Source: Trichoplax adhaerens
Taxonomy: Eukaryota > Animalia > Placozoa
Reading direction: 5' to 3'
DNA length: 64,000 nt
NCBI RefSeq assembly: GCF_000150275.1
Contig: NW_002060966.1
Coordinates: forward strand, 502,650-566,649
The notes below the pieces were generated by a model. The model was not told where the DNA came from, did not search any database, and saw only the letters and a list, made by a program, of their open reading frames with translations. Positions 24,357 through 36,510 of the stretch are shown here, piece after piece; the first letter of the stretch is position 1, and the number at the start of each line of letters is the position of its first letter. Made by a program: the position numbers and the translations under genes.

Positions 24357-25749
24357 ATTAATATCCAATAATGATATTTAGTTACGCACAATTTATTTTC
24401 AACTGTAATGGTAACTTTAAATAATTCCTTATGATTTCTTTTTGTAGCTTCAACTATATAAGGCTTCTTAAACTAATCAGATCAACCTAATCGATTGAAT
24501 AGTGACGGTTTAAAATTCACATTTAACTCTGATTTCATGGATCACTTAGTACCAAGAACTTTATTAATAGATTAACTTTAACGTAGTCATTGTATAACAT
24601 CGATGTCGTTATTTATAAATATAAAATGCGTTGATTACAGCAGTTAATGCTGTACTATCAATACTAGAACAGCATAGGTGCTGTGATTAGCTTAAAGTCT
24701 TGTAGCATACTAAATAATAATAGTTTATGTACTGTATCGGTCATGTTAACGCCTTGTGTAATACGGTAATCATATTAATTATTAGCAGATGCAAACACTG
24801 CATAGTTATCGTTATAAGATTCGAAACAAATCCATATTTGTTCAAGTACAGTAATTTTTCAGAAATATAGTGAATTTATATGGAATGACAGCGAAGAAAC
24901 TGGCTGTAGGTTGGTCATTAATAGCCAATAACGGTCTAAGACTGTTGATGTCTCGGCGACAAGAGTCAACTTTAAATAAAGTAAATATGATTCATAGATT
25001 GTCAAATCTTGCATGGAATAGATGCAATAAACAAATTGTGAATTTGATATGCAATAACTACATTATTGTTTAAAATGTAGAAATTATTCTCCTTTGTATT
25101 CGCTCGAGAATAATGAACTTGTTAAGTGCTCCCCTCGTAATGATACAGTTCGTATAGTTAATTAACTCTAGCTATTTTATCAACTACAGCTAGATTGGAA
25201 ATAGAATAGCCTGCTGAAGTTGTAATAACTTTACAATCTATAACTTAGAGTAAGAGGAATTTATGGCTCTCAAATCCTCATAAACACCTTAAATCAAATG
25301 GAATGCAACTTAATGTTAGCTGTTTTCTGTAGAGACGCCCGATTATTGTTGTTAAAGACAGTTGTGACTACGTGTACACAAGCTGGTCGTGCCATACATT
25401 GAAGTAGTCGTTTCGTTCCCATTTCAGAAATCTAATGGAAAGAGAACATGTGGAGCATTGTTTATCAGCCAATAATTCTAATTAATTATGAAATGGCAAA
25501 TTCTGCAAGGATTTACACTTACCATAACACGTTACACTTCAGAAATAAACGTGCCTACGTCATACTGACCGAATGTATTTCAGAATGAAATTATTATATC
25601 GGTAGGATAAGGGATAATCTATAAGGATGTTCCGCTATAATTAGTACTACGAGAAATATGAATCAATTAAAAGCACAAATGTAGCGTGCTGCTCAGATGA
25701 TTATAACTGATTCAACTCCTATGTAGGAGCTACTGATGAAATGCATTAA

Positions 25750-26300
25750 AAAATCCTACAAGCAGCGACAAGTAGGCCTGATCGATGCTGTACTTATGCA
25801 GACTTTATACTAGATCTCCCAAAATGTACTTATAGCTCTACAACGATACAACATAAAGCAAATTAGGACAACGTTAAAGAAGACAAATAGAGTAAGTATA
25901 ATAACTTCATTAGCCCATGAATGCATAAGAAATAGCAAAGCCAAAGTCTAACTGAACGGATATATTTTTGAACGACATATTTTATGCATAATATGAGGAA
26001 TTGCTGATTATGGAATGTTATAAAGAAATCGTGCAAACTGCGACAAGTAGGTCTGATCGATACAGCACTAATCTAGAGCCATAGTTAGAGCCCTAAAGAT
26101 ACGCTTATAACTCTACAGCGATGCAATATCGAATAAATTAGGATAATGATTAAGAAGACGGATAGTGTAACTATAGTAACTTCATGACCGGTGCATGCGT
26201 AAAAATAAGAGTGATACTTAACTAATACTAACCGAAAGTATTGTCGATCACCAGAATAGTTTCTATAAGGTACGGAATAGGGTATAAGTAGTTTGTGTTT
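25750..26300. repeat. local tandem duplication, unit about 300 bp, two copies, in the UBXN11-CCDC81 intergenic region
   Basis: ...cgacaagtaggcctgatcgatgctgtactt...ctctacaacgatacaacataaagcaaattaggacaacgttaaagaagac(a/g)(a/g)atag(a/t)gtaa... at about 25760-25990 recurs at about 26040-26300. Confidence 0.55.
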
Positions 26301-26364
26301 AATAGACGGCATTTATACTGTATCCCATTTGACACGCAAGCGTAGTTTCGTCATTATTGATGCC

Positions 26365-26378
26365 GTATCCATAGCAAC
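26365..26378. promoter_or_regulatory. X-box-like (RFX-type) palindromic motif GTATCCATAGCAAC, about 175 bp upstream of the CCDC81 ATG
   Basis: The right half AGCAAC fits RGYAAC exactly. The left half GTATCC departs from GTNRCC at one position. It sits between two divergently transcribed cilium-associated genes. Confidence 0.25.
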
Positions 26379-26551
26379 TTAATCAAGCTAAATTGCTGTA
26401 TGGCAATAGTTGACATTAAAAAGATTTCAAGCTATAACATAAGTCAGCGTCACGGAATTGAAATCGGACATGAAATTTTAGCTAGTAATATCCGATTATT
26501 CTTTAATTTAAAAGGTTATTTCGTTGTATCATCATCTTCCTCATTGCCAAG

Positions 26552-26618
26552 ATGAATGGATTAATTGATGAAGCAAAAAAGAATCGTTTCTCAACCATTC
26601 CTGATCTTTCCACCAATG
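26552..26618 (+). CDS. CCDC81: CCDC81 exon 1 (MNGLIDEAKKNRFSTIPDLSTN)
   Basis: ATG at 26552, donor G|gtaagt. Human N-terminus is MLDTIARALQDLGRQVLPTLPSLS. Confidence 0.6.
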
Positions 26619-26794
26619 GTAAGTATAAGATCATAAAATGTGATGATGCTATGGTCGATTGCTTTAACACCAGAGAAAAACTGATCATAATAATCATAAG
26701 CATGTTTCAAATTGATACGGTGATCTATTGATAAGCTATACCCTGTACATTTGAACTTTAAGATTTGATAATTTGTTCTCTTTCATTTTATCAG

Positions 26795-26856
26795 ATGTCC
26801 TTGATATTTGGGACAATATTTCGAGATTTGTCGAACAGCAAATGCTGTTGCAAAAG
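26795..26856 (+). CDS. CCDC81: CCDC81 exon 2 (DVLDIWDNISRFVEQQMLLQK)
   Basis: Acceptor ttttatcag and donor AAG|gtgtgc. Human EEVSIIWGNVSEFVRRQLTLHKG. Confidence 0.7.
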
Positions 26857-26983
26857 GTGTGCTACGCTATATCACTTCATTTATTGACAAAGGATTAGTA
26901 ACTTTCAAAACTTGCTACATTAGCGGAAATAAATGTAAAAGGCTATTTGAATGTCATATTGACGGCATATTTATATTGATTAG

Positions 26984-27140
26984 GGTGTTTCCATACCTGG
27001 CTTGGGGACATTTACTTTCTCTCAAAAGAAACTCGATATGGGTGGCAATAAATATATTCTATTCCAACGTCCTATATTTACGATATCCGAAAAATTCGCC
27101 CAAAGCCACGGCATAGCCTTTACTAAAACTTATACCCCAG
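26984..27140 (+). CDS. CCDC81: CCDC81 exon 3 (GVSIPGLGTFTFSQKKLDMGGNKYILFQRPIFTISEKFAQSHGIAFTKTYTP)
   Basis: Acceptor ttgattag and donor CAG|gtagct. Human GVQIPAFGTFTFIRQKLEVGNNKFILIQRPVF...KVYTPG. Confidence 0.8.
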
Positions 27141-27868
27141 GTAGCTATAACATAGATATATGTACAATATCAAGATGATGTAAAGTGATTCAAATATGGC
27201 ATGTACAAGAACTCGCAGTAGCATTTCTAAAAATTGATAGAAATTAATTTAACTGCAATAAAGTCTATCAAGTAATCATAACAACCTAAACGGAGTGATT
27301 AGAGAACGATTGTACGATGATAATCAGGCGCCATTATCAATCAACAATACACTTTAGTGATTTTGTGTTGCAAATGATAGGGTGGAAAATATCGACGAAG
27401 TTAATGCTTTTCCCTGCTGTTGTACAAATTTTAATTAAATTAGTTCATTGCAGTGAATATATAATTCTTGTAGATCGATCATTATTTTTCTTTTAATCAT
27501 CGGTAACTTTTCGATTAACTATTTATTGAGTATTGTTGTATTAACATTTCCACAGTATAGCAGAAAAAGCACTCATTTCTATTTCTATTTACATATACAT
27601 ATATAAAATTTAAACGAGAAAATGTTGTACCGTAATTAAAATGAGTTAAGCTGCTAGTAAACTTTAATTTTCTTTAAACGAAATTGACAGCTTACTGCAA
27701 GCTTTGCGCCAATAAGTAATATTTAATGGAAAGTAAATTGTGATTATGCCAATGGGGTCTAACGGTAGTTGCAGTTAAGTTAGATTCAACTAGTCTTTCC
27801 AATGGTAGGTACATATTACTTCATAGCAAGGATGTTTCTGATCGGTTTTTACCTATTATAAAAAATAG

Positions 27869-28125
27869 GTGAGATCCCGGTCATATCTTTAAATCTATCG
27901 TATTTATCCAATGAGAGTCCATTTAACCGTGATACTATCGAGGCTTGCGTAAAAGAGGTCCTTATGGCTCTGTCAAAGTCGGTTCGAGCAAATCGTAACA
28001 TAGAGTTTACATTTACGGGCGTCGGTAGACTATGCATTCGTAGCAAAAAGGTCAAAATGAAGTTTTTCAAAGAGTTTATTAATTGTATGGACGGCTCTGG
28101 TCATCTGGCTCAAGCCTTGAGCAAT
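27869..28125 (+). CDS. CCDC81: CCDC81 exon 4 (GEIPVISLNLSYLSNESPFNRDTIEACVKEVLMALSKSVRANRNIEFTFTGVGRLCIRSKKVKMKFFKEFINCMDGSGHLAQALSN)
   Basis: Acceptor aaaaatag and donor AAT|gtaaga. Strong match to the second HU-like domain of human CCDC81 (GEIPIVPLNFVMISLEGPFNRDVVEGCVKETL...VKMRFYKDFLCTMDGSGALAKALAN). Confidence 0.85.
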
Positions 28126-28204
28126 GTAAGATATTTATAATAAAATAAGTTCAAAACATGTGACTGGTTCATGCTAATAACTAATCAACGTTATCCACAA
28201 ACAG

Positions 28205-28278
28205 AGACCTTTTACCGCTGATTCAGTCATTTCACCCACTAAACGCCCTGGAACTGGGAATACAGTTATTTTACCCAG
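28205..28278 (+). CDS. CCDC81: CCDC81 exon 5 (RPFTADSVISPTKRPGTGNTVILP)
   Basis: Acceptor ccacaaacag and donor AG|gtacta. Human RPGTVDSVLSS. Confidence 0.7.
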
Positions 28279-28387
28279 GTACTACTCAGAACATAAACAA
28301 ATCATTGGGATATAAATGGATATTTCATCAATTATGATACAAGCTGAAGTTAACCGTTTATTTCTTATTTCATTTGCTGTAAATTAG

Positions 28388-28478
28388 ATTGAATACACCC
28401 GTAGATAAAGATGCCTTAGCTCCAGAAACTAGCCGACTAACTCCAATTTCCAGGCGTTCAGTTACTTCTTTAGGCCAT
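28388..28478 (+). CDS. CCDC81: CCDC81 exon 6 (...LNTPVDKDALAPETSRLTPISRRSVTSLGH)
   Basis: Acceptor gtaaattag and donor CAT|gtaagt. Phase-consistent. Confidence 0.55.
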
Positions 28479-28642
28479 GTAAGTGATGGTCGAAAAAGTA
28501 TGCCAATTATCCAAGAAGACATGGAGGAATTTAAATTAAACGGTATTGGAGAGAGTACTTTAGGATGAGCCCTTCATTTTCTAGTTGATATCGTTTTTAT
28601 CTGACAGCTTAATAACTTTAACTAGATGAGGAAAATTTAAAG

Positions 28643-29188
28643 CACGATAATAAATCAAACGTTTTGAGGGAAAGCGAGATACACGGAAATTCTGATCAAA
28701 AATTGTCGTTTAAAAACAGTCCAGAAGAAATGATTGAAAATCAATTATCACCTATTAAACGTGATACGCTTCTAACTCCGAATAATTCCAGAGCCCCTTC
28801 ACGGCAGCAGTCATTATCGCCTAGAGAGCAGTTGAGTCCATCAAGACGCACTAGTAATGCAAGCAGGTTATCTGTAGAAAAACCTTCCGGAAGTCGTTCT
28901 CCTTCAACAGCTAGAACTCATGTTGATAATCAGAAACCATCTGAGGATTCAACTGGCAAGCTACAAACCGAGTTTGGAGAAAAGAATGCTGTTGCCGCAG
29001 GTAAGGTTTTACTATGCCCCCATCATGGTCAAGCTGGACAAGAATTATGTTATTTGTGTCACCAGCGGGAAGCAAAGAATGTTCAAATATCTTATGCTAA
29101 AGAGAAAGCTCAAATGGATAGAGATTATGATACAATCTTACAAAAATATCAACAACAACAAGATGCAGAACGTATTACTAAAGAATTG
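28643..29188 (+). CDS. CCDC81: CCDC81 exon 7 (Ser/Pro-rich region and CPHHGQAGQELCYLCHQREAKN Cys motif)
   Basis: A long open exon ending KEL|gtaagc. Contains GQELCYLCHQREAKN (human GQEMCYVCLQRAQRN). The 5' acceptor (aaatttaaag, 28641-28642) is weak, so the start is uncertain. Confidence 0.65.
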
Positions 29189-29387
29189 GTAAGCACTATT
29201 ATGCTTTCGGCATAGTTTATTTCATAAAGAGCCCTCAATATCGATTAGTTCACTGTACTATTTTCAGTCAATTAGTCATTTTCTTTTACCTTGTCGGCAA
29301 ATTAGAAGATTCTATTTCACACTTAAGTTTCGATTGAGGCAGACTTTAGTTTTCTTGATTGCTTTCCTGGTACATTGTGTATTATAG

Positions 29388-29462
29388 GCAAAAGACAAAG
29401 CCTATCGAGACTATATTAAGCAATTATCCGAATACAATTTGAAGGCAGCCGATGTGAAAAAA
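29388..29462 (+). CDS. CCDC81: CCDC81 exon 8 (AKDKAYRDYIKQLSEYNLKAADVKK)
   Basis: Acceptor tattatag and donor gtaagg. Phase 0-0. Confidence 0.65.
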
Positions 29463-29846
29463 GTAAGGGTATAAGAAATTTAAAACGTTGCTAATTTAAC
29501 TATCATTTTAAGGCAATTACAGTAGAACAAAAATTAAAGAATTTACCCTCTCCAAATAGAAAGCACTAAAGGAAAATGCCAGTGGTACTCCGGTAAGCCA
29601 TTCCCCTAAATAAATCGTTAAATAAGTTCTTTACCTAAGTATTAGATTTATGAGATGATTTATAGAGTCTACTTCCTTTCCAAACAATTAGAAAATGATT
29701 TTGAATCGAGCAGTTACCCCGTTACCCTACGAGAAGCAAAAGCAGTATCATTCCATGCTAGATCAACAGGTGCCATAGTGTTGAAACAAAAACAAATTTG
29801 TTTACGAACATTAAAGTTAGTTTTTACCGTCCTGCTTTGCTAATAG

Positions 29847-29932
29847 GTACAAGAAAAGCGTGAAAAAGGTAAAATATTAATGAAGGAGAAGGAATTTTTG
29901 GAAAAGCTGGAGCAGGCTCAACTGGCAGAAGA
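29847..29932 (+). CDS. CCDC81: CCDC81 exon 9 (VQEKREKGKILMKEKEFLEKLEQAQLAE)
   Basis: Acceptor ctaatag and donor GA|gtaaga. Human RELMDRLEQVQLTEE. Confidence 0.7.
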
Positions 29933-30075
29933 GTAAGATCTACAGTTGCAGAAAGTTTACTGTTCTATGTTTATAGCCCAATGATCAGATCTAAATTTCT
30001 AATAACTGATTGTCATTAACGAATTTCGAGGAGAACGCTAATCACTATGTTACGTTACTTTTCAATCCATATCAG

Positions 30076-30154
30076 CATAAAGCGAGAAGAAGAACACAAA
30101 GCAACTCAGCGCAAACAAAATTTAGAAAATTACGCAACTTGTTTGAAAACGCAG
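30076..30154 (+). CDS. CCDC81: CCDC81 exon 10 (DIKREEEHKATQRKQNLENYATCLKTQ)
   Basis: Acceptor ccatatcag and donor CAG|gttact. Phase-consistent. Confidence 0.55.
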
Positions 30155-30576
30155 GTTACTAGCCATTTCATCCTAATTTAAAGTTGTGTAATTCCTTCCA
30201 TAAATAATCTTAATAAAAATCCTTAGTATTTAAGTCCATTTTTTTATTAGCATAAAGATACCATAATATCTTCTCAATTTCTTTATCCATTGCTACTTGT
30301 ATGATAATGTTTCGATTAAGTAACGTAAATTAACTTATCAAGGAAATTTGTACTATTAGAATCACAGCTAATAATACAAGACAGGTTGTATATTGTAATC
30401 TAAATTAACCAAATTTAGATAGTTTGAACTTTGTGACTAGTTTAAATGCATTCGTAAATCATAAACATTGTTATTTTCATCTAACGATATATTTTATCTG
30501 TGTAGATTCATGTTAGTAGTCACAGTAAAATACTTACGGGCACACAATTTAAAGTAATGCATTATTTTCTTGTTAG

Positions 30577-30803
30577 ATGGCGAATAAGAACCCGGAGCTA
30601 CCTGCAAATTATCCAAATTCGCTAACACCAGTGTTTGGAACAGATGCAGAACGTTTAAATCTTGCTGCAAAAAGGCGAAGGCGCGCTCATGAAATTTACA
30701 AGGAGCAATTAGCTTCAATTGAACAAGCTAAAAGGGATAAGATATTGCAAAAATTGCAAAGAGAGAAGGAAGAAATGGACTCTATTCAGAAAGCTAAAGC
30801 TGA
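30577..30803 (+). CDS. CCDC81: CCDC81 exon 11 (MANKNPELPANYPNSLTPVFG...EKEEMDSIQKAKA)
   Basis: Acceptor cttgttag and donor GA|gttagt. Human IKNKPSRLPPFEPDSSEPIFG. Confidence 0.65.
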
Positions 30804-30882
30804 GTTAGTTACTTAATGCCACTAATGATACCCATAACTTTTCGATTTTACACAAATTATTCACAATTTTTTTATCTGGTAG

Positions 30883-31144
30883 TTTAAAAGAGGAGCTAGT
30901 TCACCGCTATATCCATTCGACTGAAGCTCGCGACAGACTCGAGAAAGAATGGCAACAGCAAGCTGCACATAAGAAAATAAACGATCGAGAAGCAACTCGA
31001 ATTCCTAGCCCAGATGAATTACTACTAACACAATGTGATAAATACACACGATGTTTACAATGTCAACGAAAGCCGACCAATAATGGTAAATCCAATTTCT
31101 TCAAGGACACGGTTTTCATGTCGGGTACTCGATACATAGTATAG
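30883..31144 (+). CDS. CCDC81: CCDC81 terminal exon (LKEELVHRYIHSTEARDRLEKEWQQQ...CDKYTRCLQCQRKPTNNGKSNFF...*)
   Basis: Acceptor ttatctggtag, TAG stop at 31142-31144. The C-terminal Cys motif matches human CEKYRRCKQCQRRTSNVGESNLW. Confidence 0.75.
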
Positions 31145-32830
31145 AAATATAGAATAAATTTAATTGAATTAAATCACATTTGAATGGTTATGATTGGTTG
31201 GATCAGAAAGAAGAAATTTTAAATTGCATTAGAATCAGAAAAACCTGAATTTTGTATTTGTTATTGCAATCTTATTTATTATTCATTTATATTTTTAGAA
31301 TAAAAATTTGTATACAGTACTTGTTATAACAAGCGCCAGTTTGATATTATTTCCATTCAACAAAATTCATTTTCATAATAGGTGCATAGCTATAGAAAGA
31401 GGCTAGACTGTAAGGGCAATATTAAAACCTATCTGTACCGATGATATTCTATTTTTTTAAGGATTTGATGAATTTTTGTAATGGACAATTTAATAAACCT
31501 TTGATACTGTGTTAGAAAAGAGTTTTGGTAGATAAATAAAAGAAGTATCGATACAGAATTGATAGAAAGGTGTAGAGAGTAAGTAAGAGCTTTAGAAAAA
31601 TGTAAATTTTATTGTCGTTATTATTTAATTCAATGTTCTAACTTTAACCTGCAATGTCAGAAAATATAAAACATAACAAGAATGACTGCAGATAAATACT
31701 TCATGATCATATTTAGATGGTGTATGATTTTATGAAATGGCTGTTTTCGAATAATTCCTATATAATGCAAGGTTTTGTACTGTATAGTCAATGCTCTTAA
31801 TTTTAGATTGTCCGCTATCACGAATAACTAATAAATATAAACAGATAGTCCTAATCAATAAACCTGATTATGTAATTTAAAATTTAACATTACGTCTCTT
31901 CAGAACAGTTACTCTTGATAAAATTGCCACAGAGCAACTTTCGTGATCGATCCCAAATTCGTCTATCTACTCTATTTGATCTCTGGTTAAACTCCGAGGA
32001 TCCTTGACAAAAGCTAACTTATTCTAGTACTACTGTTACAAGCGTATTGATAGAAATTTAGGTTAAGGATTTTATTTATTTATGGCTAGTTAGTATACGC
32101 CAGTACCAGCGTATTATAAGTTACTCTCAGTGTAACTGAGGAGTAAGTAATAATTAAAATTTTATATAATTTCCCCATATTGAACACGGCTGCCTTAATA
32201 GTAGCCTCTTACAGTATAGTTATATGATAGTATGCCTTATATATGGGGCTATTACAGTCTAGAGCACCAAATTAAAAATAATTGTCGCTAATGAATATTA
32301 ATTAGCAATGACGTATTGTTGTCCAGTCATCAAACACCACGAGATCCCCCTTTATTCTATACAAACCATACTGTAAAATTTAAAAAAATACTAATAGATA
32401 TATAATAATCCAACCCAAGGGCGTTATTAATAGTATTTATTAATTACTATTTGGGGAAAATGTCTACTGCATAACAGTCCTCAATAATCATAATATTTTT
32501 AATTACCCAGTTAAGATTTACTATCAGCCAACAAAGACAGTAACAACAGCAACCGAGCCAGTTAAAATATGCTACTTTCTATAAAAAAGTCAAATTAATT
32601 ATGGATAAAATAAATCAAAATTCAAAAGTTTTCTTTATCATTGTTATAGAAATATTGAATAAAACTGACTTGTAGTAAGACATGTTATCTTACTATAAAT
32701 GATCTATGTTATTGAGTACAGGAATAAATAGATCAGAATATCAAATAGCATTATGTTAATGCGCTATTAAAAAGACATAAAATTAGTCACTATTATTACA
32801 AATCAATTGAACATCAATATTATCGTGATA
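31143..32830. repeat. Segmental repeat copy A (about 1.7 kb, noncoding); homologous to 34258-35390 and partially to 37200-37330
   Basis: Shared blocks: aaatcacatttgaatgg(t/g)tatga(t/c)tgg(t/a)t..., cattt...atatttttagaat(a/g)aaaattt(g)(t/g)atacagtac, caatgttctaactttaa..., gacttg(t/c)(a/t)(g/a)taag..., t(t/c)tgttaatgc(g/a)ctattaaaaag..., and caatattatc(g/a)tgataat(a/g)t. Identity is about 75-80%. Confidence 0.65.
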
Positions 32831-34257
32831 ATATAGCCTAATGTATTTTAATATAAATTAAAAGTCAAGTCAATAAAATTGGTAGGCTGTCAATAAAGCT
32901 TGGATATATCCGTGAAATCTTTTGATGCATTTGGTCATTCCACATCACGCAACCCTTAACTATGAATCGGAAATGGAGTTTTCCTTTTTTGAAAGTTTGA
33001 TTTTAGATTATAATTAGAGCAACAAACTTCATTTCTAGTCTAAAAGCATAGCCCAGACTAGGTGTAAAATATTCAATACTCGCAAGCCTAACTACGGGAA
33101 GGAATATAAAAACTCTACGCCTTGAATTTTCAAATGATCTTAAATGATTATTATATCTAGGCTATCCATGATCAATCACCTTGCTGATTTTTAAAATTCA
33201 AGTCAATAGAATCCCGATATTTTCGGCGATATTCTTAACATTGAGGAACTAAATATGGTGTGGCACTATGGTACTTGGCAGTCACATTAGGTATATTTAA
33301 TCATATTGGATAAATTAAGCGATAAAATAATGATATAATGATAGCCAATTTATTTGTAAAATGACCATAAAAATTCTCATTGGTCTTCTTGAATAATATG
33401 GATATAAAGGTTGGTCAAGTTATGAAATTCTTTGACCTGCGTGATAATTTACGGCCTTATAACAAATGAAATTAAGAAAATAAATCAAAGCGCAAATTCA
33501 TCTGTGTTAATTCTACAAAGATCTAGCCTTGCTATATTGTCAAAGCCGGTATATTTATCGTAGCTGAGTGTTCAATAATATTTGGCAGATTACAGTAGAA
33601 CTGGGCAGATTTACAGAAATTAATATAGTTGAGTTTACTTCAAATTCATGTCAATGATGATTCACGGTAGAATCATAGTTAATCAGCTTATTAGATTAGA
33701 TTCTTAATTGGTAATCGTTACAAGTTGCCAGCTAGACTGGATGTTGTACTTAACAAAACCTAGGCATTATCTAACCAACCAGCAGTTTCTACGGTTGATT
33801 TACGAGTATTTGCAGATTCTAATACATTCTCAAGTAACCCTACTATTAAAATTGAAATTTCCATTTCTAAATTCACTTTTATACTCCAGACTTAGTTTTC
33901 CAGCACTTGTGCAGCTCATAAATACATCTAACCCAATCGGCAGTGTAGAAATATCCAAAGTTTTATGCTTACTGTATTAATTTTCAATTTACTAGTATAA
34001 TTTAGGGCGTTGCGTTAGTGAGGAATCTGTAATATGCAAATATTGTAAATTTGCTGTAATATGGTAGCATGTGCTATATGTTACAAATTTGCGATATGTA
34101 GTATAAAAGTATGTGATTACTAGAAATAAAAGAGAGTTTTTTCGTGGTCAAACAAAAATTGTACTCGTTAATCTTGGTCTTACTCCAGCAATAGAAGAGC
34201 CTCGTGCCTAGTCCGCCCATATAAACTAGCAGATAACATAGTACAGTACATTAGTAT

Positions 34258-35390
34258 TTCAGTTGTATAGAAATACAGAATAAAATTGAACTGAGTTAAA
34301 TCCTATTCTGAGTAGATGTGATTAAATTAAATCACATTTGAATGGGTATGACTGGTTTATCCAGAAAGAAGAAATTTCAAATTTTATCGTAATGAAAAAA
34401 TTTGAATTGGATATTAATTATTGCAATTTTATTTATCGCTCATTTATATTTTTAGAATGAAAATTTGGATACAGTACTCTACTTTTAATAACAAACGCTA
34501 ATTTGATCTTGTCCACAATCAACAAAATTGGCTTTTATAATCAAATAGAGTTATTTTAGAAAAATGCTACACAAGTAAAGCAACATAAAATCCTATCTGC
34601 ACCGATTATTTTTTTATAGCTTTGCAGAATTAATGGACACTTTAATATGCCTTTGGTACTGTATTACAAAGAGTGTTGGTAGGGAAAGTATGGTATCGAT
34701 ACAGAGTTCACTTAAGGTAAATACAGAGTAAATAAGAATTAAAAAAAACATAGCTTTTGTTGTAATTATTCACTTCAATGTTCTAACTTTAATTTACAAT
34801 GCAAGAAAATATAATAACCTAACAATAATGACTGCAGATGAAATACTTTATAATCAATCATATTTAGATGGATTATGATTAAATGAAATGATTATTTACG
34901 AAATATTCCGATATAGAGCAAGGTTTTGTACTGTAAGGTCAACGCTCTTAATATCGGATTATCAATCATCATAACTCATAGTAGTAAATTGATGGTCCAG
35001 GATTAATAAACATGGTTATTCAATTTAAAATTTGACGTAATATCTTTTCAACAGTAACTCTTACTAAAGTCAGCTCTCGAGTTGAAATATTCTACTTTCT
35101 ATAATTAAACCAATTCAGATTAATGCCGATAAAATAATTTAAATTAGATGCTTTCGATTATCTTTTTTGATATATTGGATAAAAACTGACTTGCTATAAG
35201 ATATATTATCTTACTAGAAGACCATCAATGTTATTAATAAGGTATAAATAGAGAAGATATTTCGAGTAATATTCTGTTAATGCACTATTAAAAAGGCACG
35301 AAATCAATCTTTGTTATTATAAATCAATTCAGTATCAATATTATCATGATAATGTGATTGATCTGAATAGGAATATATAAAGTATTATTC
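34258..35390. repeat. Segmental repeat copy B (about 1.1 kb), immediately upstream of the GNAT gene
   Basis: Co-linear with copy A, with internal deletions. Confidence 0.65.
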
Positions 35391-35673
35391 CTGCTATTCT
35401 TGCCAGAAGTCTATTGTTTTCCTCGACAGTAAATGCTAATGACCCATTACGTCGAACAAGATGATAATAGACGCCAATTTGTGCTTAGCTCCGTAATCTC
35501 CATATGCCAACTTATCCATTTCTTGTTGATTGTATCAGCAATAAAAAATCGATAGGTAAATGCTAGAGATTTCATTAAAACAACACTTCAAAGCGATAAA
35601 TCACAATAACCATTAGAATCTAAGTATAGAGAAATTTACGAATTTATGGTACTAATGCTTTAGTTTGGCCATA

Positions 35674-36510
35674 ATGTCACAAGATTCTAACTTTGAAATT
35701 GTAACAGCTACTATCAATCAAATGAAATGGATCATTTCTATGGCTAAAGATGAAGGATGGAATCCCGGAGAAGATGATTTTGTATTTCAGTTAGCGGATC
35801 CCACTGGTTATTTTATTGGGCTATTAAATGGAGAACCAATTTGTTGTATATCTGCGACAAAATACAACATTCAAGCAGAAATGGGGTACTATGTTGTTAA
35901 AAAAGAACACCGTGGTTTAGGCTATGGTAGGGCTATCATGCAACATAGCTTGAAATACTTGAAAGGCTATAATATTTTAATTTATGCCTTACAACATAAA
36001 ATTGGTACGTATGAAACTATAGGGTTTAAAAAACATGAGGCGATGATACGATATGCAGGAATTATAGCGAAAAAAGAGGTTATTAGTGATAATATTTATT
36101 CAGCTAGAGACATTCCTCTGGACAAAATTGTAGAATATGATGCACGTTATTTCGCAGAAGAAAGGAAAAAGTTCTTAAGTGCGTGGTTAATGATTGGAAC
36201 AGCAAACAGTTTCGTATATAAAATAGGAGATAACATTCGAGGTTTGGGGGCAATACGAAAAGCTCAAGATGGCTATCGTATAGGACCTCTATATGCGGAA
36301 ACACCGGATATCGCAATAACTTTATTTCATCGTCTTTGTCAAGACTACGAAAACTGTAAAATCACCGTTGAATGTCCTGCATCCAACGCCGATGCCAAAG
36401 AATTGGTGAAGAAGTTCAAGCTGGACAAAGTCTTTCAAGGTTCAACTATGTATTCGGGAGAGCTGCCTAAAGTTAATTTAAATCACATTTATGGCGTTAT
36501 AACTCATTAA
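35674..36510 (+). CDS. Intronless GNAT-family N-acetyltransferase, bacterial YitH-like architecture (N-terminal GNAT fold plus C-terminal extension), 278 aa
   Basis: Single ORF. The first in-frame ATG (35674) gives MSQDSNFEI.... The acetyl-CoA-binding-like motif VVKKEHRGLGYGRAIMQHSL fits the GNAT Q/RxxGxG/A pattern. The 278-aa length and two-domain layout resemble YitH-type GNATs. The ORF track's upstream TTG start at 35665 is less likely. Confidence 0.7.
   Translation: MSQDSNFEIVTATINQMKWIISMAKDEGWNPGEDDFVFQLADPTGYFIGLLNGEPICCISATKYNIQAEMGYYVVKKEHRGLGYGRAIMQHSLKYLKGYNILIYALQHKIGTYETIGFKKHEAMIRYAGIIAKKEVISDNIYSARDIPLDKIVEYDARYFAEERKKFLSAWLMIGTANSFVYKIGDNIRGLGAIRKAQDGYRIGPLYAETPDIAITLFHRLCQDYENCKITVECPASNADAKELVKKFKLDKVFQGSTMYSGELPKVNLNHIYGVITH

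Noticed and set aside
24402-24419. X-box half-site-like aactgtaatggtaacttt upstream of UBXN11
   Set aside because: Only the right half (GGTAAC) fits. The left half does not match GTNRCC. Too weak to call.
26808-27116. Plus-strand ORF of 102 aa spanning CCDC81 exons 2-3
   Set aside because: It reads through intron and exon in the wrong frame. The correct spliced frames give conserved CCDC81 peptides.
28920-29192. 90-aa ORF overlapping CCDC81 exon 7 in another frame
   Set aside because: An alternate-frame artefact inside a long coding exon. The conserved Cys motif GQELCYLCHQR lies in the other frame.
36104-36316. Minus-strand ORF inside the GNAT gene
   Set aside because: Antisense artefact of the GNAT CDS.
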